A stretch of 55,647 nucleotides of DNA from Octopus sinensis (lineage: Eukaryota). The position numbers were made by a program, and so were the translations under genes. Shown here piece by piece: positions 41,001-50,378 of this stretch. Below the pieces are notes generated by a model. That model was not told where the DNA came from and did no database searches. It saw only the letters and a list, made by a program, of their open reading frames with translations. Location: contig NW_021833691.1 of NCBI RefSeq assembly GCF_006345805.1, positions 1 to 55,647 of the forward strand, given 5' to 3'. Each line of letters begins with the position of its first letter. The stretch's first letter is position 1.

Positions 41001-43413
41001 GGACTTCCTGGCCGGCGGACCGCGGCTCGCGGGGCGTGAGGTGGAGTGCTGTGAAGAAGCGATCACTCCCGCGGAGATAGAGGGGAAACTGGCCGGATGC
41101 GCCGGGGAGAAGTCGCCGGGGTTGGATGGTCTGCCCTACGAGTTTTACCAAAGTATGCCGGACTTGTTCGGGGGAATATTGGCAGGCGTCTACACGAACT
41201 GGCAGCAGAATGGGAGAATTCCCAGCTCTGTAAGCCGGGGAGTGGTGACGCTAATCCAGAAAGACCCGAGCAAGGGGGATAACATTAGTAACTACAGGCC
41301 CATAACTCTACTTAATGTAGAGTTAAAGATTTTGGCCAAGGTGTTGGCAAAAAGGTTGACGGTTGTCGTGGAGAAACTTGTAGGGAGAGCACAGACATGT
41401 GCAATTCCAGGCAGGTCGATCCAGGACAATCTTCACCTTATACGCTACACCTTAGATAGGGTGGGTAAATTAACCGGCAAGGGCGGGGTAATGGTCCATT
41501 TAGACCAAAGTAAAGCCTTCGATAGGGTAGACCATGAGTACCTGGCGACGGTCCTCGAAGCGGCTGGCCTGGGCCCTGAATTCCGCGGGTGGATCTCCGC
41601 TATGTATAGCGGCATCAAGTCCACCGTCCAGATAAACGGTTACCTAACGGAACCGTTTTCGATCGAGTGTTCAGTTCGTCAGGGGTGCTCCTTGTCACCA
41701 CTTTTGTACGTGTTGGCTCTTGAGCCATTGCTGCGAAAGTTGGAGAGGCTGGGAAGCAACTCGGATGAGATCGGAGGTGGGAGGACGGTTACTGCTTATG
41801 CGGATGACGTCACCCTCATCGTGTCCAATGAGGCCCAGCTACCTTGTGTGGAAGAGGCTATCAGAGGATACGAGGCGGTGGCAGGAGCAAAGGTTAACAA
41901 GGACAAGTCGGTTGGCTTGCGCCTCGGCACCTGGAGGAGCAAGTCGATATCGTCCAGCGTCGTGGGACACTGGACGGATGGCCCTGTTTAGTTGCTAGGA
42001 GTCTGGTTTGGGCCAGACTCCCAAACGGAGAGGAACTGGAGTGAGGTGACGAGCAAGGTGGAGGCCATAGTACGGACCTGGTCCGGAAGGTTTCTGTCCT
42101 TGAAAGGAAAGGCGGAGGTGGTACAGATGTTCATTGCATCTGTAATCACTTACCGCCTGACCGTTGTCCCTTGCCCCGATTCATGGCTTAGCAAGTTGGA
42201 GCGAATCCTTTTCAGCTTTTTGTGGAAGGGAGGAAAGCCACTTGTGAGGCGCTCCGTTTGCTGCCAGGAACCGTTAAAGGGTGGGTTAGGAATGCCTTGG
42301 TTGATGATGCGCAGACATGTGTTGAGGCTGAAGCATCTCTGGCACCACCTGGAGGGTGATAAGGTGTGGAGTCCGCTGGCAGGGGAATTTTTCCTGAGAC
42401 CGGCCTCCTTAGCGAATTTTAAACCCGGTCGCATCAAAAGATGGAAACTGACTTTATGGCAAAAGGAGTGCCGACAGGCACTCACGCTGATCCACAAGGC
42501 GGGCAAGGCCGGCTGCGGAAATACCACCTCGGTATTTTATAGAAGGCTGGTAGAGGCAAAAAACGACGACGTCCTAGGAGGGGCTCTGGGGTTTGACGAA
42601 GACCAGCTTACCAACCTGTTTAAAACGACTTTCAGGACGGGGTACTTGGATAATTTCCAAAGATCCCTGGCCTGGCAGTGCTATAGGAATGCTTTACCTG
42701 TTCGCGAGAAGTTATCGCGGCACGGAATTTCAGTGCCACCGACGTGTCCAAGGTGCGAGTTGGACGATGAAACCGTCCAGCACGCTTTTGTACACTGTCG
42801 GAAGTTGTCAGCCTTGATAAGTTACGCAGAACACGTGTTATCGCATCTGGGACGAGTACAGCTGTCGGCTGAGTCTATGATTAAGATGATACCGCCAACT
42901 GGACTCTCGAAGGAAGGTGAGGCATGTTTTCACTGCACGGTTGCAGTAGTAAAAGAATGCATGTGGAGAACAAGAATGGAAGGAGTCGCGATAGGATCCT
43001 TTGTCTCGGGCCCCGGCTTGCTCACTTACTTCAGATATCATCTGAAGAGCAAAATGGGGCTGGAAAAGAGGATCTTACCACGGGGTGTGTATGAGAAAAG
43101 ATGGAAGGAAGTGGAAAAAAAGGTGGGTGTCAGAAACCCAGCTTAACTATGGAGGGAGGAGAGGAAACAAAAGCTGCGGGGCCTTATAAATTGCCGGGGT
43201 TTAAAACTTCGGTAAGATCGAAAGGTTATGAAATGTTATAAGATTCTATTGGTCACGTAAAGGACAATTTATAGACGAATTTTTTAATCCAAATGTTATG
43301 GAAAATTTTTAAACCGAACCTCTTAATTATTTGTTTTGCATGTATGTCATGTATTTGTACTTCTATGTAACGATTGTATAATCGTAATAAAGAAATTCCT
43401 TATTATTGCTTTC
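38096..43413 (+). mobile_element. Tx1-like element copy 6 (ORF1 38302-39728; ORF2 39756-43146)
   Basis: Most diverged copy; in-frame stops at ~40828 and ~41989. Confidence 0.9.
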
Positions 43414-43801
43414 CTCCTGGCTATAACACACGAACTACGAACCGCAGGATGATGAATAATATCAGCTAAGTCATATTTAAGTTCACGACCTGTCCCTCTT
43501 TCATTGTTTTTGCAAGTATTATTATCACCATCAAGCCTTATTATTGTGTCCCCATATATTATCGTTATCGTTGTCCTTCGTCTCAAATGCTAGCTGAAGC
43601 ATATAAACTTTCGCTCACAAAAACTTATTCACACGACCGCAAAAAAACATCTCGTCTCAAATCTGGTCTTTCTGTCGCTTAATTCTCTAACCCATCTTTT
43701 CCCAACTTCCACTCATAGAAACTTATGCACACGACCGCAAACCTTTCCATCTCAAATCTTGTCTTTCTTACTTTCGTCTAAATCTCGTCTTCTCCCAGTG
43801 C
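43398..43801 (+). repeat. ~400-bp direct repeat, copy a
   Basis: CCTTATTATTGCTTTCCTCCTGGCTATAAC...CCCAGTGC; near-identical to 44046-44450 (648-bp offset). Confidence 0.92.
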
Positions 43802-43971
43802 CCGGTGCCGTTTTTGCCCCTCTGTTATCACCATGTCTCTCTCCCTCCCTCTCTCTCTCTCTTTCTCTGCGGTGTCGTTTTCTCCCTCTGTTATCGCTGT
43901 GTCTCTCTCTCTCTCTCTCTCTCTCCCTCTCTCTCTATATATTTCACTTTCACTCGCTGCCACAGGCTTAG

Positions 43972-44050
43972 CCAATACGCTCTGCCTTCTACCCACACCT
44001 CCGCACCCCCTCCACTATAAAACCCTACGCACGAGGCTTGACCGCCCTTA
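43972..44050 (+). promoter_or_regulatory. Putative Pol II core promoter (CCAAT box + TATA box)
   Basis: CCAAT at 43972-43976 and TATAAAA at 44016-44022. The expected start site (~44044-44048) coincides with the start of repeat copy b. Motif-based only. Confidence 0.45.
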
Positions 44051-44450
44051 TTATTGCTTTCCTCCTGGCTATAACACACGAACTACGAACCGCAGGATGA
44101 TGAATAATATCAGCTAAGTCATATTTAAGTTCACGACCTGTCCCTCTTTCATTGTTTTTGCAAGTATTATTATCACCATCAAGCCTTATTATTGTGTCCC
44201 CATATATTATCGTTATCGTTGTCCTTCGTCTCAAATGCTAGCTGAAGCATATAAACTTTCACTCACAAAAACTTATTCACACGACCGCAAAAAAAACATC
44301 TCGTCTCAAATCTGGTCTTTCTGTCGCTTAATTCTCTAACCCATCTTTTTCCAACTTCCACTCATAGAAACTTATGCACACGACCGCAAACCTTTCCATC
44401 TCAAATCTTGCCTTTCTTACTGCCGCCTAAATATCGTCTTCACCCAGTGC
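44046..44450 (+). repeat. ~400-bp direct repeat, copy b (uninterrupted 15-mer site)
   Basis: Direct repeat of 43398-43801, preceded by non-Tx1 sequence GAGGCTTGACCGC. Confidence 0.92.
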
Positions 44451-44639
44451 GCAGTGCGCCCGCCCTCCCGCCCCCACCACCAGTGCCGGAAGTCCTTATC
44501 TCACCTTGCCCTCTTTTGCTTTTCTTCCATGAACACCTAAAGGCCTTAAACCAATACCACCCCTTCTATATATGGTGGTGACCATACGGCGCAAAAACAT
44601 GTTAGTGCAGTGTAACAGGTTGAACTTAAGTTCATTGCT

Positions 44640-47600
44640 TTGCTTATGAATTGTGCCAAATGCGAGTTTTCTTCTTCTTTTCAGGTACATGACGGCACTG
44701 CTCCCCGTCCCTGGGCCTCTCGGGTCAATACTTTCCACCCCCTCAGGGTGGGCACCCTCAACGCTGGCACACTGAAAGGTAGGTCTGGCGAGATAGTCGA
44801 GATGCTTGAACGGAGACGTGTTGATGTATGTTGTATGCAAGAAATAAGGTGGAGAGGAGGATCTGCTAGGTTCCTCACAGGCAAGGAACACAGGTACAAG
44901 ATTTTCTGGGCAGGGAACACTGACGGGGTTGGTGGCGTGGGTATACTTATCGCTGAGAAATGGATAGATAGAGTAATTGAGGTAATCAGAGTAAGTGACA
45001 GAATACTTAAGATTAGAATAGTGCTTCATAATAGATTAGCAACCATTATATCGGCCTATGCCCCTCAGCCAGGGCTACCCGATGGACAGAAAGACAGTTT
45101 CTATGACACCCTACTGCAGACCAACTCATTGACGAATGACAGGGACCTTCTCTTTGTGGCTGGTGATTTCAATGGGCATGTTGGACGACATGCTGGGGGC
45201 TTCCATGGCGTGCATGGAGGCTACGGTTATGGTTCCCGCAACAAGGAGGGAACCAGGCTGCTGGAGTTCTGCGATGCGAATAGTCTTATGATCTGCAACA
45301 CTAACTTCAGGAAACCAACAAGCCACCTGGTCACCTACCGATTGGGCCGGCATACTAGCCAAATCGACTACATCCTTGCCAGAAAAAGGGAAAGATGGCT
45401 GCTTATAAATGCCAAAACCTTCCCAGGCGAAGAATGCACCCCACAACATAGACTGGTAGTTAGTGACTTTAGGATCAGGACTAAGAGGGCGACTAGAAGA
45501 CGACCAACATGGAGAAGAAGGGTCTGGAAGCTTAAAGACCCTGCGAATGGACAGAGATTTAGACATATGTTACTTGAAGCCTTTGACGAAGTGGAAGGGG
45601 GTATAGCTACACATGGGGTAGAAGACAACTGGACGTTTCTGAGGGACAACCTGCTGAAAGCCGCTGACCAGATCTGTGGCTGGTGCAAAGTCCCCTTAAG
45701 ACCCAAAATAACGTGGTGGTGGAACAATATTGTTGACAGGGCTATTAGACAAAAGAAACAGGCTTGGAAGGCCTGGAAGAACGGTGGTAGCAGGGAAGTG
45801 TATCAGACTGCCAGAAGGGAAGCTAGGAGACAGGTCTATCTAGCCAGAGGGGAAGCAGATAAAAGAAAGTTTGCCAATGTCCTGCGCCGTGAGGATGAAA
45901 GACTTGAGTTATTTCGTGTTGCAAGACAGTGTGTGAGAGAGAATCGTGATGTGGTAGGAGAGAAATGTGTTCGCATGGAGGATGGTTCAATTGCGCTAAA
46001 TGAGGATGCAAAGAGAGAAGCTTGGAGACGCCACTATGAAAGGTTGCTGAATGAGGAAAATGAATGGGATAAAGAGAGTCTGTCGAATGTTGACCCAACA
46101 GAGGGACCAGCTATCCGAGTTGATAGTTCCGTGGTAGCTAAGGCAATTAGAAGCATGAAGACAGGGAAAGCCCCAGGCCCATCAGGAATTACTGCAGAGA
46201 TGCTCAAAATATCTGGTAGTGTCGGCTATAGCATAGTCACCCGTATAGTTAACCAGGTGATACACGAAGGAGTCATACCCAATGACTGGTGTAGCAGCAT
46301 AATAGTCAACTGCTACAAAGGTAAAGGAGATGCCCTAGATACAAATAACTACAGGGGCATCAAGCTGTTGGATCAGGTAATGAAGGTTACGGAGAGGGTT
46401 ATAGCCCAGTTAATTAGAGAGAGAGTTAGCTTAGATGATATGCAGTTTGGGTTCGTGCCAGGGAAAAGTACTACTGATGCTATATTCCTGGTAAGACAGC
46501 TGCAGGAGAAATACCTAGCCAAAGGTAAGCCCTTGTACCTGGCTTTTGTTGACTTAGAGAAAGCCTTTGACAGGGTCCCCCGATCCCTTATCTGGTGGTC
46601 AATGAGGAAACTAGGGATAGATGAATGGTTAGTGAGAGCTGTGCGAGCCATGTACAGAGATGCAGCTAGTAAGGTGAGGGTTGGCAACGAGTACAGTGAA
46701 GAATTCCGGGTAGAGGTTGTGGTCCACCAAGGTTCAGTCCTCAGCCCCCTCCTATTTATCATAGTCCTCCAGGCAATAACAGAAGAATTTAGGACAGGAT
46801 GCCCCTGGGAGCTCCTATATGCTGATGACCTTGCTCTAATTGCTGAGTCACTATCAGAACTGGAGGAGAAGTTTCAGGTGTGGAAACAAGGATTAGAGTC
46901 GAAGGGCCTTAGAATCAACCTAGCCAAAACCAAAGTCCTAATAAGTAGGAAGGTGGACCAACCACAAACGACTTCAGGTAGATGGCCCTGCTCGATCTGT
47001 AGAAAAGGTGTAGGTAGAAACTCTATAAGGTGCACCAAGTGTAAGCTATGGACACATAAGAGGTGCAGCAATGTCAAAGGTAGGCTAACTGGGAAGATAG
47101 TTTTTGTATGTGGCAGATGCTCTGGAGAAATAAACACTGGAAATGTGCAGAGACCAACTTCTACCACGTTCCAGGGAGACAAACTAGAAGTAGTTGATAG
47201 CTTCCGCTACCTTGGAGACCAAGTTAGTAGCGGGGGTGGGTGTGCTGAAAGTGTAACTGCTAGAGTAAGAATAGCCTGGGCAAAGTTTAGGGAGCTCTTA
47301 CCCCTGCTGGTGACAAAAGGCCTCTCGCTCAGAGTAAAAGGCAGACTTTATGATGCATGTGTACGTACAGCCATGCTACATGGTAGTGAAACATGGGCCG
47401 TGACTGCTGAGGATATGCGTAAGCTCGCAAGAAATGAAGCCAGTATGCTCCGATGGATGTGTAATGTCAGTGTTCATAATCGTCAGTGTGTAAGTACCTT
47501 GAGAGAAAAGTTGAACCTAAGAAGCGTCAGTTGTGGTGTGCAAGAGAGACGGCTGCGCTGGTATGGTCATATGACGAGAATGGCTGAAGATAGTTGTGTG

Positions 47601-47771
47601 CAAAAGTGCTACACCCTAGCAGTTGAGGGAACCTGTGGAAGAGGTAGACCCAGGAAAACCTGGGACGAAGTGGTGAAGCACGACCTACGAACTTTAGGTC
47701 TCACCAAGGAAATGACTAGAGACCGAGACCTATGGAAGTATGCTGTGCGTGAGAAGACCCGGCAAGACTAG
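44640..47771 (+). CDS. RTE-clade LINE ORF (APE endonuclease + reverse transcriptase with a PHD-like Cys insert), intact, 1043 aa
   Basis: RVGTLNAGTL, CMQEIRW, AYAPQ, AGDFNGHVG, SQIDYIL, QHRLVV, NYRGIKLL, QFGF, FVDLEKAFDRV, HQGSVLSP, LYADDL, NFRYLG-like DSFRYLG, RLRWYGH, GRGRPRKTW. First ATG at 44646. Confidence 0.95.
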   Translation: MLMNCAKCEFSSSFQVHDGTAPRPWASRVNTFHPLRVGTLNAGTLKGRSGEIVEMLERRRVDVCCMQEIRWRGGSARFLTGKEHRYKIFWAGNTDGVGGVGILIAEKWIDRVIEVIRVSDRILKIRIVLHNRLATIISAYAPQPGLPDGQKDSFYDTLLQTNSLTNDRDLLFVAGDFNGHVGRHAGGFHGVHGGYGYGSRNKEGTRLLEFCDANSLMICNTNFRKPTSHLVTYRLGRHTSQIDYILARKRERWLLINAKTFPGEECTPQHRLVVSDFRIRTKRATRRRPTWRRRVWKLKDPANGQRFRHMLLEAFDEVEGGIATHGVEDNWTFLRDNLLKAADQICGWCKVPLRPKITWWWNNIVDRAIRQKKQAWKAWKNGGSREVYQTARREARRQVYLARGEADKRKFANVLRREDERLELFRVARQCVRENRDVVGEKCVRMEDGSIALNEDAKREAWRRHYERLLNEENEWDKESLSNVDPTEGPAIRVDSSVVAKAIRSMKTGKAPGPSGITAEMLKISGSVGYSIVTRIVNQVIHEGVIPNDWCSSIIVNCYKGKGDALDTNNYRGIKLLDQVMKVTERVIAQLIRERVSLDDMQFGFVPGKSTTDAIFLVRQLQEKYLAKGKPLYLAFVDLEKAFDRVPRSLIWWSMRKLGIDEWLVRAVRAMYRDAASKVRVGNEYSEEFRVEVVVHQGSVLSPLLFIIVLQAITEEFRTGCPWELLYADDLALIAESLSELEEKFQVWKQGLESKGLRINLAKTKVLISRKVDQPQTTSGRWPCSICRKGVGRNSIRCTKCKLWTHKRCSNVKGRLTGKIVFVCGRCSGEINTGNVQRPTSTTFQGDKLEVVDSFRYLGDQVSSGGGCAESVTARVRIAWAKFRELLPLLVTKGLSLRVKGRLYDACVRTAMLHGSETWAVTAEDMRKLARNEASMLRWMCNVSVHNRQCVSTLREKLNLRSVSCGVQERRLRWYGHMTRMAEDSCVQKCYTLAVEGTCGRGRPRKTWDEVVKHDLRTLGLTKEMTRDRDLWKYAVREKTRQD

Positions 47772-48051
47772 TCAGGCCATAACCCGTGGCCCCTACCTAG
47801 GACGTAGTCAGTCCACCTGTGCATACCTTCCTTCTTGTGACACTTGTGAAGACCTGTTGAGGCAAGTGAAAATAAAACAAAATCAAAATAGATGAACATC
47901 AATGGAATTTGTATCTTTGTGGTACCAGTGCCGGTGGCACACAAGAATACCATCCGAACGTGGGCGTGGCCAGTACCGCACCGACTGGCCTCCATGCTGT
48001 GGGCACGTAACAATCACCATCCAATCGTGGCCGATCGCCAGCCTAATATGG

Positions 48052-49516
48052 CTCCTGTGTCGGTGGCACATAAAAGAACACCATCCGAGCGTGGTCGTCT
48101 GCTAGCCTTGTCTGGCACCTGTGTCGGTGGCACATAAAAACACCATCCGAGCGTGGCCGTTCGCCAGCCTCGTCTGGCACCTGTGTCGGTGGCACATAAA
48201 AAAAACACCATCCGAGCGTGCTTGTCTGCTAGCCTTGTCTGGCACCTGTGTCGGTGGCACATAAAAACACCATCCGAGCGTGGACGTTCGCCAGCCTCGT
48301 CTGGCACCTGTGTCGGTGGCACATAAAAACACCATCCGAGCGTGGCCGTTCGCCAGCCTCGTCTGGCACCTGTGTCGGTGGCACATAAAAACACCATCCG
48401 AGCGTGGTCGTCTGCCAGCCTTGTCTGGCACCTGTGTCGGTGGCACATAAAAACACCATCCGAGCGTGATCGTCTGCTAGCCTTGTCTGGCACCTGTGTC
48501 GGTGGCACATAAAATCACCATCCGAGCGTGGCCGTTCGCCAGCCTCGTCTGGCACCTGTGTCGGTGGCACATAAAAAAAACACCATCCGAGCGTGGTCGT
48601 CTGCTAGCCTTGTCTGGCACCTGTGTCGGTGGCACATAAAAACACCATCCGAGCGTGGCTGTTCGCCAGCCTCGTCTGGCACCTGTGTCGGTGGCACATA
48701 AAAACACCATCCGAGCGTGGTCGTCTGCTAGCCTTGTCTGGCACCTGTGTCGGTGGCACATAAAAACACCATCCGAGCGTGGCCGTTCGCCAGCCTCGTC
48801 TGGCACCTGTGTCGGTGGCACATAAAAAAAACACCATCCGAGCGTAGTCGTCTGCTAGCCTTGTCTGGCACCTGTGTCGGTGGCACATAAAAACACCATC
48901 CGAGCGTGGCCGTTCGCCAGCCTCGTCTGGCACCTGTGTCGGTGGCACATAAAAACACCATCCGAGCGTGGTCGTCTGCCAGCCTTGTCTGGCACCTGTG
49001 TCGGTGGCACATAAAAACACCATCCGAGCGTGATCGTCTGCTAGCCTTGTCTGGCACCTGTGTCGGTGGCACATAAAAACACCATCCGAGCGTGGCCGTT
49101 CCCCAGCCTCGTCTGGCACCTGTGTCGGTGGCACATAAAAAAAAACACCATCCGAGCGTAGTCGTCTGCTAGCCTTGTCTGGCACCTGTGTCGGTGGCAC
49201 ATAAAAACACCATCCGAGCGTGGCCGTTCGCCAGCCTCGTCTGGCACCTGTGTCGGTGGCACATAAAAACACCATCCGAGCGTGTTCGTCTGCCAGCCTT
49301 GTCTGGCACCTGTGTCGGTGGCACATAAAAACACCATCCGAGCGTGGCCGTTCGCCAGCCTCGTCTGGCACCTGTGTCGGTGGCACATAAAAACACCATC
49401 CGAGCGTGGTCGTCTGCCAGCCTTGTCTGGCACCTGTGTCGGTGGCACATAAAAACACAATCCGAGCGTGGCCGTTCGCCAGCCTCGTCTGGCACCTGTG
49501 TCGGTGGCACATAAAA
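48052..49516 (+). repeat. 62-bp minisatellite (~23 units) within the RTE 3'UTR
   Basis: Unit GGCACCTGTGTCGGTGGCACATAAAAACACCATCCGAGCGTGGCCGTTCGCCAGCCTCGTCT, with two main variants and a variable A-run. Confidence 0.95.
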
Positions 49517-49989
49517 TCACCCACTACACTCTCGGAGTGGTTGGCGTTAGGAAGGGCATCCAGCTGTAGAAACACTGCCAGATCTGACTGGCTGGTGCAG
49601 CCTTCGGGCTCCCCAGACACCAGTTGAACCGTCCAACCCATGATAGCATGGAGAGCGGACGTTAAATGATGATGATGATGATGATGATATGTATAAATTA
49701 AATTAGAGATAAAACCACTAATAGGCAAAAAAAAACCAAAAACAAAAACATAAAAATAAAAATATAATATAGAAAATATATAAAATTGAAAAATTTTAAT
49801 TATTTAAATTTAAAATAAAAATTATTAAATTATATTTGTAATTTGTTTAAATATATATCAAAAAGTATTAAAAAGTTTAATATACATAAATACAGATATA
49901 TACACTTTGTATATATACATTATATATACATATTTATATATCGAACACACACACACACACACATATATAAATGAACGCAATGAATATCT

Positions 49990-50378
49990 GATTCATAATA
50001 TTTCTTCTCATGATTGTGTGTTGTTGGTAGCGATGATAATTCTCCCTATGAATGCAGACAGATACATCAAAGAACGCCGCCTGACGAACTTATAAAGGGA
50101 AAGTGAAAGGGAGTTGAGGGGAATACATTAAATAATGGGAGTGGACCTACTCAAAGTTATAAATGAAGGGGAGTAAGAGAGGGAAAGGAGGAAATAGCGT
50201 GAGTGAGGAAGATGGCCCCTAGCAACCACACCTTTCAAGCTAGGGATTTCTAAGGTAGCCCACGGGCATCGTCACCTCATTCTACATGTCCCTGTAAATT
50301 TTGGATCAAATCGGACGAGATGTAGTGGCTTTGAAAGTGATCCAAGCGGTGAAAACGCATTTCAGTTTTATATATATA
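49990..50378 (-). mobile_element. Helitron 5' fragment, directly abutting the CTAG of the neighbouring Helitron
   Basis: The reverse complement matches 501-830 (TATATATAAAACTGAAATGCG...GATAATTATCATCGC-like). Left end approximate. Confidence 0.78.

Larger units (their letters stand above)
13025..43413 (+). repeat. Head-to-tail tandem array of six Tx1-clade non-LTR retrotransposons (~5.27-5.30 kb period; copy 5 internally deleted)
   Basis: The marker AGAGTTCG recurs at 13025, 18317, 23621, 28891, 34157 and 38139. Each unit is ORF1-ORF2-3'UTR ending in AATAAA and CTTATTATTGCTTTC (or a 1-nt variant). Confidence 0.95.
44640..49688 (+). mobile_element. RTE-clade LINE, near full length (5' boundary uncertain; may extend to ~43400)
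   Basis: Intact ORF, 3'UTR with an expanded minisatellite, and tail GGACGTTAAATGATGATGATG. Confidence 0.88.

Noticed and set aside
12899-43041. Recurrent antisense ORFs in each Tx1 unit (e.g. MAPPTAAEND..., MITDAMNIC..., MISEVSEQ...)
   Set aside because: Short shadow ORFs of the sense coding sequence; they recur only because the unit is repeated.
43398-44640. HDV-like ribozyme in the presumed RTE 5' region
   Set aside because: RTE 5'UTRs can carry one, but I could not build the nested double pseudoknot by eye. It needs an RNArobo or Infernal search.
48052-49516. CRISPR-like regular repeat array
   Set aside because: There are no unique spacers; the whole 62-bp unit repeats. It lies in a eukaryotic LINE 3'UTR and no cas genes are present.
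48014-49728. Long minus-strand ORFs (up to 374 aa) with repeated MCHRHRCQTRL motifs
   Set aside because: Translation products of the stop-poor 62-bp minisatellite.
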